Below are positions 19,021 through 29,294 of a stretch of 64,000 nucleotides of DNA, piece after piece; position 1 is the stretch's first letter; each line of letters begins with the position of its first letter. The notes under the pieces are model-generated. The model was not told the DNA's origin. It saw only the letters and a program-made list of their open reading frames with translations, and did no database searches. Source of the DNA: a bacterium (GTDB lineage: Bacteria; Patescibacteriota; Patescibacteriia; HK-STAS-PATE-3); contig JAZDMR010000011.1 in NCBI GenBank assembly GCA_043800725.1, positions 21,369 to 85,368 of the forward strand, read 5' to 3'. A program made the position numbers and the translations under genes.

Positions 19021-20562
19021 CTATTCCGTGGTTATGCGGCTGGTCGCGTCTTGGAATTGGAAGGGGTGGTCGCTATCAGCAAAGATATAGATTGATTCAG
19101 AGATAGGGGGCAAGTCGGCGTTAAACAGAATTGAAAAAAGAGTGCGAAAAGTATTAATCGGCGTGCTGGGCGCTGTCATTTGATCCGCCAGTTCAGGAGG
19201 AAGATATAAAGCGCTCAAGATGCCAGTTTTTATTTGGATCTCTTCATCGGTTGCCTCGGGCCATTTGATTTTAGTTTTTTCTTGGTAATTTTGATTCAGA
19301 AAATTCTCAGGATAAGGCCCTTCATCAGATTGTAAAATGATAATTGGGGGTGAACTGGAGTTGCTGATTACCTGGTCAACCAGGCTGATAATTTGCTGGT
19401 TGGTATAGAGAAGCTGATTAATATAATTTTCACTATTACTCCGAGTGTCCGTAATCTCTTGGGGTAGAAATTCGCCCGTAGGAGAAAAAACATATGGAGG
19501 ATGGGGTAACAGAAAGTGGGCTAGAGTAAATGTTGGTTCTGGTTTTTTGGGGATCTCCAGTAGTTGTTCAAACTGATATTGGGCATGCTGGTAGTGGGCC
19601 GGATTAGTCATTAGTAAAAGAAACCCGCCTTCATTAAAGTTGAGTTGTTCGCCAATGGCGGAAAAAAGTGAGATTCTAAAGAGCAGCATGGTAAAGTCCG
19701 AAGGCGTAAGTAGGCTGTAATTAAAATCAGCGTTGTTGTTTTGCTTAGTGCCTCCCCACCATGAACCAATATGCACATACTGGTAGTTTTGTCCTTGGAG
19801 GTAACGGCCGACTGCATGGTTTTCCAAAAGATGATAAAGCGGTCTTTTATTAGTCGCATTGATCCCGTATTTGTCTGTCAGATTTGTTAAATAACTCATA
19901 TTTAATGTTGAGCTGAGAGAATAGAGCGTAGTCGGATAATTTGAATGAGCATTTGAAGAAACAGAAAAGCCCCGGTTCTTTAGATCATCAACAAATGATT
20001 GATTATCGAAATTATAAAAACGAGTCAGATTGGCAGGACTGGCATAGCGATCAAAAACAATAAAATAAATATCCGGATTATTTACTTGCGTGGCGCTCCA
20101 ATCCGGCAAGTTGCCTAGCAAATCACTTTCTAGAGAGCGCAACTGCCAGGAACCAAACACTAAATTGATAATATTAATGCTGATTAGGATTACTGCAATA
20201 TAATTAAAAATTTTTGTAGTCTGTGTGAATTGTCGATGGGAAGAGGCAAGGTAAAAAAGTAAGAACAAGATCGCAAGCACCCAAACAACCCAGCCTATCG
20301 TTTTGGCGGCTGGCTCTGAATTGGTCGGAATAATATGCCCAAAGCTGAACGATAATAACATGAATAAAGAAACAAACAAGGCTGCTGCTTTCCATTTTCG
20401 AATGATTATGCCCAAAAACAACCAAAGCAGCAATCCTATGCCAACAAGCGCCAGCATTGGCCAAAGAGCGGTCATTAGTGATGCCTCGCCTTGGTTATTG
20501 GCCCACAAAAAAATAGCCGGGTAGCTACTTAACAGTATGACATGCAGATAAGGCTTAGTCAT
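19021..20562 (-). CDS. polytopic membrane protein with an extracytoplasmic alkaline-phosphatase-superfamily (sulfatase/LTA-synthase-like) domain
   Basis: about 5 N-terminal TM helices, then a soluble domain containing 'YFIVFDRYA'. Confidence 0.35.
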   Translation of the reverse strand: MTKPYLHVILLSSYPAIFLWANNQGEASLMTALWPMLALVGIGLLLWLFLGIIIRKWKAAALFVSLFMLLSFSFGHIIPTNSEPAAKTIGWVVWVLAILFLLFYLASSHRQFTQTTKIFNYIAVILISINIINLVFGSWQLRSLESDLLGNLPDWSATQVNNPDIYFIVFDRYASPANLTRFYNFDNQSFVDDLKNRGFSVSSNAHSNYPTTLYSLSSTLNMSYLTNLTDKYGINATNKRPLYHLLENHAVGRYLQGQNYQYVHIGSWWGGTKQNNNADFNYSLLTPSDFTMLLFRISLFSAIGEQLNFNEGGFLLLMTNPAHYQHAQYQFEQLLEIPKKPEPTFTLAHFLLPHPPYVFSPTGEFLPQEITDTRSNSENYINQLLYTNQQIISLVDQVISNSSSPPIIILQSDEGPYPENFLNQNYQEKTKIKWPEATDEEIQIKTGILSALYLPPELADQMTAPSTPINTFRTLFSILFNADLPPISESIYIFADSDHPFQFQDATSRITTE

Positions 20563-21949
20563 GCTTCTTTTTAAGGAGATAGATAAAACGTTCGCTATCG
20601 GCCACTTGACTCTGTTTTTGGATCAACCAGCGGCTAGCAATTGCTTTTTCAAAAGAAGCTAGATGATAGTCTTTAAAAATATCCTCTCGGGCTCGGAGCA
20701 GCCTTTGGACCTGAGAATCAGACTTAGGGACAAATTCGACGATTGCCCAGTGGCCAAGCTGGCTGAGCAACTGTGAGAACATTTCCAGGGAGATGTTTTT
20801 TCCAATGCAAAGATGATGAATTAAGGCTAGAGCCAAGACAACATCTGATCGGGCGCGGTCAATAAACGATTCACGCTCAGTGTTTGCCCAGCCCAATCCA
20901 GGGCTGGGATTGGTTAGATTGATAACTAAGGGCAGTAGATTTGTCCGATTGTTATCCCGTACCCGTCGATATAATCGTTCGACCGAGTCGGAGTCGTTGT
21001 CCAGGGCGATGGTTTCCATTCCCAAGTCAGCCGCTAACTCACTAAAGACGCCGGTGTTGGAGCCCAGGTCCAGGACGGTTTGTCCTTTGGTTTTTTTCAA
21101 ATAGTCGCGGACAATTTCCTGTTTGGCTTGAAACGCCAAATCAGAATAATTAGTCATCTGATAATAGTCGCTCCAAAACGATTTATCTGAGTCCAGCTTT
21201 AATTTCTCAACAACTGTTTTTAGGTTGGCAATTAAAGCAATCAGCCTATCTTTGGTAAGTTGTTTATTCGTGGTTGAAGCTCCTTTATCAGCGTGGGTTT
21301 TTTGATTTCGAGCGTGAAGGTAAAGGTGCAGGTTCAGGCCCAAAGACAGCCTGGCCTTAGCGGGCAGCAGTTTGGTCGCTAAATCGAGGGGTAATCCGTC
21401 AGGGTAGAGGCGCAGCAGTTGCCCTAGCCGGGTACCGCGATAACTCATGAGCGCCAAGGGCGCCAGGAATTGCTCGCAGAACTGGCGATAGGCGATCCAG
21501 GGCCGCCCGGATCGATATTTGGTAAATGACAAATGGTCAATTAAAACAGGTCTGCCTGATTGAAATTGGATATTAAAAGCGCTGGCATCCTTGAGCGAAA
21601 AATCATGGTCAAGAGCTAGCAGTTGAATTTTTAAAGTTGTCAGGGCCGCATCACGAAGCATGCCCCAGGACCATTCATAAGGATAAGAGATAAATTTAAT
21701 CTGTTGAGGTTTGATTACGCAATAGGCCAGATCTGAGTCGGCTGGCGGACCATTAACTACTTGGTAGGGCAGCATCAATTCTTGTTCTATCAATAACCTT
21801 GACAAGGGATTTTCTTGAAATGCCTGAAAATCTTCTTGGCCTGCTCGGTTTATTTGTCTGAAGAATTGTCCATCCCTTTGAAACATAAAACCATTAGGAT
21901 CTCGATAAGAACCGGGGTGAGGTTGGTTGTTTTCGTTGGAGCGCTGCAC
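20555..21949 (-). CDS. class I SAM-dependent methyltransferase domain protein
   Basis: 'VLDLGSNTGVFSELAADLG...IALDNDSDSV' Rossmann SAM-binding motif. Confidence 0.6.
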   Translation of the reverse strand: MQRSNENNQPHPGSYRDPNGFMFQRDGQFFRQINRAGQEDFQAFQENPLSRLLIEQELMLPYQVVNGPPADSDLAYCVIKPQQIKFISYPYEWSWGMLRDAALTTLKIQLLALDHDFSLKDASAFNIQFQSGRPVLIDHLSFTKYRSGRPWIAYRQFCEQFLAPLALMSYRGTRLGQLLRLYPDGLPLDLATKLLPAKARLSLGLNLHLYLHARNQKTHADKGASTTNKQLTKDRLIALIANLKTVVEKLKLDSDKSFWSDYYQMTNYSDLAFQAKQEIVRDYLKKTKGQTVLDLGSNTGVFSELAADLGMETIALDNDSDSVERLYRRVRDNNRTNLLPLVINLTNPSPGLGWANTERESFIDRARSDVVLALALIHHLCIGKNISLEMFSQLLSQLGHWAIVEFVPKSDSQVQRLLRAREDIFKDYHLASFEKAIASRWLIQKQSQVADSERFIYLLKKKHD

Positions 21950-21953
21950 TAGT

Positions 21954-22169
21954 TTACCGTTTTATTCGAGAAAAAAGCCTACTGAAGAAATTTTTAATCC
22001 GGTGAAAAAAGACCTTGAGGGCCACCAGGCTGCCCAAAATGGTCGCCACGACAACCTGGGTGATAAAACTGCCGCTCCCCGGGTCTAAATAAGCCTGAGC
22101 CGGCCAGGCCAGCAACAAGCCGGCTAAACTGAGCAAGGCAATGCTTTTAATGTTTAGATACTGATTCAT
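21954..22169 (-). CDS. small membrane protein
   Basis: 71 aa with two predicted TM segments, directly upstream of the methyltransferase. Confidence 0.3.
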   Translation of the reverse strand: MNQYLNIKSIALLSLAGLLLAWPAQAYLDPGSGSFITQVVVATILGSLVALKVFFHRIKNFFSRLFSRIKR

Positions 22170-22500
22170 ATGTTACTCACAATATCATAGTCTGGGAAAG
22201 CAATCCAAGTTTATAAATAATGAAAACCCGCTGCATAGGAGTGGCGGCAACGGGATTTTTTTTGGGGTGTTTTTAGGGAAGGAGCATTTTTTTTGGAGCA
22301 TACCAGGTTACCTTAGTAATTAAAGATTGTCAAACGGAGCGAGGCTTTGGACAGGAGTGAAATTTTTTATGTGTCGGATATGTAGTACAGATAGTTGGAA
22401 TTAATAACCAAACTTCAATGACCAATAATCAAATTCCAAGATACAAATAACGCCCACTGAATATTAATAATTGGTAATTGGAATTTTAAATTGATAGGAG

Positions 22501-23055
22501 GTGATATCAATTATGAAAAACAAACCGCTTTTCTTATTCATCGCTCTGGTAGGTATTTTTGGCGCAACACTCCTAGTCGCAAATGCCACCTCAGCCGCCG
22601 GGCTATTGGGCTTTGGTCACGGCGGAGAGCAAAAGCTCCAAACCACAGCTGAGATTTTGGGTACTGATGCGGAGACGCTTAAGCAAGAACTTGAGACCAA
22701 AGACTTACCTAAGATACTGGAGGACAATGGAGTAACTCAGGACGAGTTTCAAGCTCAAATGCAAGAAAAAAAACGCGCTATGCTTAAAGCGGAAGGTTTG
22801 ACTGACGAAAAAATTGGCGAGATGTTTGCTCAGCATGAAGAGCGACATCAGGCTATGCTCGAGAACAAAGCGGAGATCTTAGGCATGAGCACAGAAGAAT
22901 TAGAAAAAGCTTTAGAGGATCAGTCATGGCCAGAACTCCCGGATGAGGCAGGCGTCACTCATGTTGAGCTTCACGAAAAGATGAGTAAGCTAAAAGATGA
23001 GTTTGGCGGCAAAGGCTTTGGTCACGGTCCACCGGGCGGCTTCGATAAAACATAA
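22501..23055 (+). CDS. secreted hypothetical protein (GFGHG-flanked, charged helical repeats)
   Basis: strong SD (GGAGGTG), signal peptide, E/K-rich repeats. Confidence 0.5.
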   Translation: MISIMKNKPLFLFIALVGIFGATLLVANATSAAGLLGFGHGGEQKLQTTAEILGTDAETLKQELETKDLPKILEDNGVTQDEFQAQMQEKKRAMLKAEGLTDEKIGEMFAQHEERHQAMLENKAEILGMSTEELEKALEDQSWPELPDEAGVTHVELHEKMSKLKDEFGGKGFGHGPPGGFDKT

Positions 23056-23137
23056 ACTACCAGCTAACCATTAATCCCCCCAAGAACCGCCTAGCTCACC
23101 CCCCCTAGCGGTTTTTGGTTTGGTTTTCCCTACACAG

Positions 23138-24109
23138 CTATTTAAGTAAAGTATTAAACTCATTCTTTCCAAATGTTGTGAATTTTTGTAGGAAAGAATT
23201 ATAATCTTTAATATCATCTGTGCGATGCTTGTCGATGCCATGTGACTTATTCCAGTAGTTCATCTCAATAATAAATAATACATAACGAACCCTGGTTAGG
23301 TCATAAAGTAAATCCAATTCTTCCGGAGAAATCTGGTGAAAATTACGATAGCCGTCGATAAAAAGTTTCGCTTGGTGGGGTTTCCAATTATATGTGAAAA
23401 TTAGCTGGCTCATTGATACAGCAATATTTTGGATATAAGGACTAAAGGCGATATCGCTAAAGTCAATAATACCACTCAGTTTATTATTACTAATAATAAT
23501 ATTATGAAGTGCGATATCATTGTGAATTAATCCTGCTGCTAATGTATCAAATAATGGTTTGATTTGACGGAAGTCATCAAAAACTTGGTTGATCATTTTG
23601 CGGTCAATATATTCAGGGAGGAAACGTACTTTATTTTCAAGTTGTAAGAACGTTTTTTCATCGAATTCGTAGTTTTGTCGTGTTTTTAAACCATCTTTGC
23701 ATATCATGAGTGCTTAATCTATTTTTCCTGCTTGCTGGCCAATTTCATACGCAATTGTATTGCTAACTTTTTGTTTGTAAGCGTTCTTGCCAGGAATATA
23801 ATCCATGGTGATTGTGATTTTATTTTTAAAAAGACAAGTTAGCTTGTTTGTTTTTGTTTTATGTACATGCGAAGTTTTACATCCGGCCTGGTAGCAGATA
23901 TTCATAACAGCAACTTCAAAGAGAATAATGTCAATATTCAGACCCTTGCCTTCAAATATTTTAATAACGTATTCGCCAGTGTCAGTTTTTATATAATAAT
24001 TAGTATTCTCGTAACCCGAAACAAACAGTTTTACTTCTAAAAGTTTGCCCAAACCGCTATATTGATTGATAATTTCCTCAAGCACTGTTTCTGAGTATTG
24101 TTGTCTCAT
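23138..24109 (-). pseudogene. aminoglycoside-phosphotransferase (APH)/choline-kinase-fold protein interrupted by an in-frame TAA
   Basis: N-terminal piece (23714-24109) and C-terminal piece (23138-23707) are in the same frame, separated by TAA-GCA-CTC-ATG; the C-terminal piece carries catalytic 'LIHNDIALHNIII' and 'IIDFSDIAF' motifs. Confidence 0.5.
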
Positions 24110-24225
24110 GCCAGTAGTGTAGCGTTATTTCAACGAATCTTATGAAAAAAACATTATTTGGAAAAGTGAAGGAATCGGGGCTATTCAGGCTTAACACTAA
24201 ATTTATGATATTCTAAATAACGGAT

Positions 24226-25767
24226 ATGAAGATGAAAGATTTATACTCCATAAAAAATATTCAAAAGATCAAGTGGGGCATCTTGGAAGAGAACCGCCCG
24301 ATTAGCCTGTATCCGGTTATATATCCGGGCTGGTCAGATATTATAAAGAATACCGGTAAAATCCTAGGCAAACCTCAAAAAAATATTGCCTGCCTGCATC
24401 ATAAAGATCTTGGGTACATTTTTGTTGATCATAAGGAATGGACCGCTTTAGGTAGGTATGTTTTGAAAAAAATTATTATCCGGCCGGCCTGGGGCTTATC
24501 GCTGGAAAAAAACATTCTTGGTTATTCAGACAGACTGGTGAATTTTACTGCTAAGAAAATATTTTGCGTTAACCTAAAAAAGAAAACAAACACCCAGCTT
24601 TACCGGCTATACGAAGAATATATCAGGCGGCATAGCGAACTTTATAACCAGGCGATTATCCACGTGTATCTTGATTTATACAAACCCCACCTGACAACCT
24701 ATTTAATTGAATACCTGAATAGACAAATAAAAAAGACTGCTTATAAAAGCACTGCCAAAGAAGTGTTTACTCAAATAACAGTCCCCAAAAGATTATCCAA
24801 AGTACAGCATGAAGAAATAGCCCTCTTAAAAATCGCCAGTCGCATTCGGGCTGGTAGGCGATCTCAAAAGTTCGAACGGGAAAAGCTATCAAGCAGTATC
24901 ATTCGTTCCGTTGGACAGCATATCTCGAAATACAAATACTTAGGCTTCAATTTTGAGGGTCCGCCCTTTCCTGACCAATATTTTTGGAAACGGTTAAAAG
25001 AGTTGGCGCTTGATTCAGTAAGTCCTGAGGAAAAATATGCTGCGGTTATAAATAAAAAAAAGCAAGACCGGAAAATCCAAGAATATTTCAATAACGAATT
25101 AAAAGTTGATTATAAGCATCAGCAGCTTTTTTCCATTACACGGGGCATAATTTTTACCAAAGACTATCGGAAAATGAGCCTGGTTCAATCGTATTATGAA
25201 ACTGAAAAACTTTTAATTGAAATTGGGCGGCGGGTGAATCTGAACATTCACGAAGTTCGAGAGTGCCTTTTGCATGAACTAAAGAACATGCTGATAAATT
25301 CTCAGGCCAGGCCATCTGATATAAAAAAACGAATGAGGGGTTGTTTATTTGTAATTATTGATCGCCGATTCCCGGGCAAGATTTATACAGATCAAAGATA
25401 TAGAACGATGAAAAAGTATTTGTTAAAAAAAGAAGACCTGACTGAAGTGAATTATTTTCATGGCCAAGCCGCATATTTTGGAAAAACCGAGGGGGTTATA
25501 CGAGTTATTAATACTGTGAAAGATTTAAGCAAGATGAAAATGGGGGACATTCTGGTCTCACAAATGACCAATCCAGATCTGGTGCCGGCTATTAAAAAAG
25601 CTGCGGCTATTATCACAGATATAGGCGGAGTGACTTGCCACGCCGCCATTATCAGCCGAGAGTTAAAAATTCCCTGCGTGATCGGCACCAAGATAGCCAC
25701 CAAAGTATTGAAAGATGGTGATCGGGTTATTGTTGACGCTAATCAAGGAGATGTCAGGAGGATTTAG
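24226..25767 (+). CDS. PEP-utilizing-enzyme mobile (swivel His) domain protein
   Basis: C-terminal 'ITDIGGVTCHAAIISRELKIPCVIG' swivel motif; N-terminal roughly 400 aa unassigned; AT-rich. Confidence 0.6.
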   Translation: MKMKDLYSIKNIQKIKWGILEENRPISLYPVIYPGWSDIIKNTGKILGKPQKNIACLHHKDLGYIFVDHKEWTALGRYVLKKIIIRPAWGLSLEKNILGYSDRLVNFTAKKIFCVNLKKKTNTQLYRLYEEYIRRHSELYNQAIIHVYLDLYKPHLTTYLIEYLNRQIKKTAYKSTAKEVFTQITVPKRLSKVQHEEIALLKIASRIRAGRRSQKFEREKLSSSIIRSVGQHISKYKYLGFNFEGPPFPDQYFWKRLKELALDSVSPEEKYAAVINKKKQDRKIQEYFNNELKVDYKHQQLFSITRGIIFTKDYRKMSLVQSYYETEKLLIEIGRRVNLNIHEVRECLLHELKNMLINSQARPSDIKKRMRGCLFVIIDRRFPGKIYTDQRYRTMKKYLLKKEDLTEVNYFHGQAAYFGKTEGVIRVINTVKDLSKMKMGDILVSQMTNPDLVPAIKKAAAIITDIGGVTCHAAIISRELKIPCVIGTKIATKVLKDGDRVIVDANQGDVRRI

Positions 25768-25907
25768 GGAAAGTTTATAAAATATCGTGAAGATTTTATC
25801 ACCCTAGTAGCTATTAAAGGGGCTATTTAGTCTTGCTTTGGGTCGCAAAACCTGCTATGCTTGTACCGATTTTGTTTTATATTAGTGCTTTTTAATACCT
25901 TAAGAGG

Positions 25908-25984
25908 GGACGATTAGCTCAGTTGGTTAGAGCGCACGATTCACATTCGTGAGGTCGGAGGTTCGACTCCTCCATCGTCCACCA
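25908..25984 (+). tRNA. tRNA-Val(CAC)
   Basis: acceptor GGACGAT/ATCGTCC, D-arm GCTC-AGTTGGTTA-GAGC, anticodon loop TTCACAT, T-arm GGAGG-TTCGACT-CCTCC, encoded CCA. Confidence 0.8.
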
Positions 25985-25998
25985 GATAAAAAAACTAT

Positions 25999-26676
25999 AT
26001 GGAAAAAGAAAAAAACGTATCAAATCCCAAGACCGAAAAAGATGGTCCCGTAGGTGCGAAAAAAATGACCCGCCAGACTCGCAAGGACGAGTCGATCTTA
26101 CCATCTTTTGCTTCATCGGCAGGATCATTCATTATCGAGGTGGTGAAAGTAATTGTTATCGCCCTGGCCATCATCGTACCAGTGCGCTACTTTTTAATGC
26201 AGCCATTCTACGTCAAAGGCGCCTCGATGGAGCCGAATTTTCATGATAATGAGTATTTAATAATAGATGAGTTGACTTATCGATTAACAGAGCCGAGACG
26301 CGGAGAAGTGATTGTTTTTCGCAACCCGCGCAGACCATCGGAGTTTTATATCAAAAGAATAATCGGCCTGCCTTCCGAAAAGATAGAAATCAACCATGGC
26401 GAAATTACCATCACTAATAATGATTTTCCCAGCGGCTTTGTCTTATCTGAAGAAAAATATCTTCCTGAAGGGATTTACACATCCGGGAGCGAGGGCATTC
26501 AGCTTGGCGAAGGCGAATTTTATGTAATGGGGGATAATCGCGCCTCTAGCTTGGATTCGCGCAGTTTCGGAGCAATTAAAGAAGAAGAAATTATTGGCCG
26601 TATTTGGATACGAGCCTGGCCATTTCATAAAGTTCAGCATTATAGTAGACCAGAATTAACATCCGTAACCCCTTAA
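25999..26676 (+). CDS. lepB: signal peptidase I
   Basis: 'GASMEPNF' (catalytic Ser box), 'YIKRIIGLPSEKI' (Lys box), 'YVMGDNRASSLDSR'. Confidence 0.85.
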   Translation: MEKEKNVSNPKTEKDGPVGAKKMTRQTRKDESILPSFASSAGSFIIEVVKVIVIALAIIVPVRYFLMQPFYVKGASMEPNFHDNEYLIIDELTYRLTEPRRGEVIVFRNPRRPSEFYIKRIIGLPSEKIEINHGEITITNNDFPSGFVLSEEKYLPEGIYTSGSEGIQLGEGEFYVMGDNRASSLDSRSFGAIKEEEIIGRIWIRAWPFHKVQHYSRPELTSVTP

Positions 26677-26682
26677 AACGCC

Positions 26683-28068
26683 ATGAAAAAAACGCAAGCC
26701 CAAGAAGCAGAACTTGAACCGAGGCCGACAATCAAAGGCCCTAATCTACTCAGGGGCATGAAGGATATTCTGCCCTCAGATCAGCCATATTGGAACAAGG
26801 TGCGCGACGTTGTCCGAGAAATTTCTAATCAGTATCGGTATGAAAGGATTGATACTCCCATTCTGGAAGATACTAGATTATTCATCAGAACCATTGGGAA
26901 AGACACTGATGTAGTTGAAAAGGAAATGTATGAATTTGTTGATCGGAGCGGACAGAATATTGTATTAAGACCGGAAATGTCTGCCCCGGTAGTCCGAGCA
27001 TACATTGAGCACGGACTTTTAAGCTTACCCCAGCCTGTAAAGCTTTATTATTTCGGGCCGATGTTTCGCTATGATCGGCCCCAGGCCGGACGCTATCGCC
27101 AGCACTATCAGTTTGGCTTTGAGGTTTTGGGCGCCGTCCATCCAGTCATCGACGCTCAATTAATTACTATTGCTAATCATCTATATACTCGCTTAGGTAT
27201 TCCAATCAATGTACATATCAACAGCATCGGAGATAAAGAAAGCCGGGGAGTTTATGAGAAAGCGCTAACTGATTACTATAAAAGCCGCAAGAATTCGCTG
27301 TGCGATGACTGTAAAAGGCGTTTGCAAAAAAATCCTCTGCGCTTGCTTGACTGCAAGCAGCCGGATTGCAAGGAATTATCAGTGGACGCCCCCCAAACAG
27401 TGGATTATTTAAATGAAGAAAGCCGCCAGCATTTTGTTTCTGTGCTCGAGTATCTGGATGAGCAGGAAATTGCCTATACCTTAAACCCCAAGATTGTTCG
27501 GGGGCTTGATTATTATACTCGGACTACCTTTGAAATATTTCCCGACCAGGAATCAGATGGACAGTCTTGTCAGGCTTTGGGCGGCGGCGGACGCTATGAC
27601 GATCTGATTGAGGAGCTATGCGGCCGCCCTACTCCAGGAGTTGGCTTTGCCTGCGGAGTGGAAAGGCTGGTTGCTAAATTAAAAGAACAAGAAGCCGATT
27701 TGCCAGGATTACCCGCGCCCGATGTATTTTTAGGGCAATTGGGTGATCCGGCCAGAAAGCTATGTTTAAAGCTTTTTGATGAATTGCAAGCCCAAGGAAT
27801 CGGAGTAGCTGAGAGTTTAAGTAAGGACGGCATAAAAGCCCAGCTGGAAGTGGCTGATCGTTTAGGTGCGAAGTTTGCTTTGATTATCGGCCAGAAAGAA
27901 ATGATGGACGGCACAATCTTGGTTCGCGATATGGAAAATGGAATTCAAGAGGTGGTTGATTTTAAAAGGGCAGTTCCAGAAATTCTCAAGAGGCTAACCA
28001 GAGGTAAACCAAGCGGAATTAACAAGCCTGCCGAGCAACCGGATAAAGAAGAAGATGTCTCAGGCTGA
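26683..28068 (+). CDS. hisS: histidyl-tRNA synthetase
   Basis: class II motifs incl. 'LRPEMSAPVVRAY', 'GGGRYDDL', C-terminal anticodon-binding domain. Confidence 0.9.
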   Translation: MKKTQAQEAELEPRPTIKGPNLLRGMKDILPSDQPYWNKVRDVVREISNQYRYERIDTPILEDTRLFIRTIGKDTDVVEKEMYEFVDRSGQNIVLRPEMSAPVVRAYIEHGLLSLPQPVKLYYFGPMFRYDRPQAGRYRQHYQFGFEVLGAVHPVIDAQLITIANHLYTRLGIPINVHINSIGDKESRGVYEKALTDYYKSRKNSLCDDCKRRLQKNPLRLLDCKQPDCKELSVDAPQTVDYLNEESRQHFVSVLEYLDEQEIAYTLNPKIVRGLDYYTRTTFEIFPDQESDGQSCQALGGGGRYDDLIEELCGRPTPGVGFACGVERLVAKLKEQEADLPGLPAPDVFLGQLGDPARKLCLKLFDELQAQGIGVAESLSKDGIKAQLEVADRLGAKFALIIGQKEMMDGTILVRDMENGIQEVVDFKRAVPEILKRLTRGKPSGINKPAEQPDKEEDVSG

Positions 28069-28402
28069 ATGTATTTTTTGTAAAATTATTGATGGCTCAT
28101 TGCCCTCAACCAAGGTATATGAAGATGACCAATCATTGGCTTTTTTAGATGCAAATCCCAAAGCACCAGTTCATTTTTTAGTAATACCCAAACAGCACAT
28201 AGAAAGCTTGCCCTCAACCACCTCAGAGTCTGAAGTGCTGCTGGGTCATTTATTGGGTGTGGCGCGAGAAGTCGCAAAGAAGAAGGGGATTTCTGAGACT
28301 GGGTATAAAATCATCCAAAACGTCGGCCAAGATGGCGGCCAGGTCGTGCCCCACCTTCACTTTCATATTTTAGGCGGCCGCCAGGTTACTGGGGCAGTTT
28401 AA
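28055..28402 (+). CDS. HIT-family (histidine triad) nucleotide hydrolase
   Basis: 'HLHFHILGG' histidine triad. Confidence 0.85.
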   Translation: MSQAECIFCKIIDGSLPSTKVYEDDQSLAFLDANPKAPVHFLVIPKQHIESLPSTTSESEVLLGHLLGVAREVAKKKGISETGYKIIQNVGQDGGQVVPHLHFHILGGRQVTGAV

Positions 28403-28408
28403 TATTGT

Positions 28409-28438
28409 TTGACAGAACAGGGATGAAAGTGGTATATT
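28409..28438 (+). promoter_or_regulatory. sigma70-like promoter TTGACA-18-TATATT upstream of rpsU
   Basis: near-consensus hexamers read from the sequence, about 95 nt upstream of the rpsU start. Confidence 0.45.
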
Positions 28439-28532
28439 GAAAACCGATAAATATAATTTATTAATACATTTTCAAATGAAAAATCCGCCCCCCACGGGTC
28501 TGGATTTAGCAAGGAGGTGAGACACTCTGAAT

Positions 28533-28808
28533 ATGGTAGAAGTCAAGAAAAAAGATGGTGAGTCTCTTGAGGGAATGCTCAGACGATTTACCAAAAAAGT
28601 ACAACAGAGTGGAGTACTCATTAGAGCGAAAAAAAGCAGATACTACGAACCACCAAAAAGCAAGAGAGCAATAAAAGAGAGTGCTATTCGTCGTCGGTCA
28701 ATCAAGGATCGCAACGAATTATTAAGGAAAATGGGAAAATTGCCTGAAATCGATGCACGGCATCATAGAGGACGACCAACAGGCAGTAAATTACCGTCTA
28801 CGAATTAG
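28533..28808 (+). CDS. rpsU: 30S ribosomal protein S21
   Basis: 'VEVKKKDGESLEGMLRRFTKKVQQSGVL..AKKSRYYEPP'. Confidence 0.85.
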   Translation: MVEVKKKDGESLEGMLRRFTKKVQQSGVLIRAKKSRYYEPPKSKRAIKESAIRRRSIKDRNELLRKMGKLPEIDARHHRGRPTGSKLPSTN

Positions 28809-28817
28809 TAATTAAAT

Positions 28818-29273
28818 ATGGGGCTCCAGCAGACAATTGAAGATAACTACAAAGCAGCCTTTAAAGCTGGCCAAAAGGCTGAGGTTATCGTATTGCGTTC
28901 ACTTAAATCAGCCATGAAGAATGAAGAGATTGCGCTGAAAAAGACTGTGCTGGACGATGAAGATGTTATCAAAGTGCTTAATCGTGAAGTTAAGCGCCGT
29001 AAAGACGCTCTGGTTATGTTTCAAAAAGGCAATCGTTTAGAGCTGGCGGAAATCGAACAAATAGAAATCAATTTTCTGAAAAAGTATCTTCCCGAAGAGC
29101 TTTCAGCCGGCCAGCTTAATGAGATTATTAGTCAGGTTATTAAACAGTCAGGCGCTACGGAATTAAGCGACCTGGGAAAGGTTATGTCCCGGGTGATGCT
29201 CAAAGTGCAAGGTCGAGCTGATGGTTCGGCCATAAGCGCCGAGGTAAAAAAACAACTCAGCGGATATAAATAA
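28818..29273 (+). CDS. GatB/YqeY-domain protein
   Basis: 151 aa; YqeY-like repeats; conserved rpsU-yqeY arrangement. Confidence 0.75.
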   Translation: MGLQQTIEDNYKAAFKAGQKAEVIVLRSLKSAMKNEEIALKKTVLDDEDVIKVLNREVKRRKDALVMFQKGNRLELAEIEQIEINFLKKYLPEELSAGQLNEIISQVIKQSGATELSDLGKVMSRVMLKVQGRADGSAISAEVKKQLSGYK

Positions 29274-29294
29274 ATCCAGCGAGCCGTTTCTTCC

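Noticed and set aside
23708-23716. stop-codon reassignment as the explanation for the in-frame TAA
   Set aside because: All long ORFs in the window (Mfd, NrdJ, the 1877-aa surface protein) are uninterrupted under the standard code, and TAA reassignment is not known in bacteria. A pseudogene or a sequencing error is more likely.
25919-26128. 69-aa minus-strand ORF
   Set aside because: It overlaps tRNA-Val and the lepB start.
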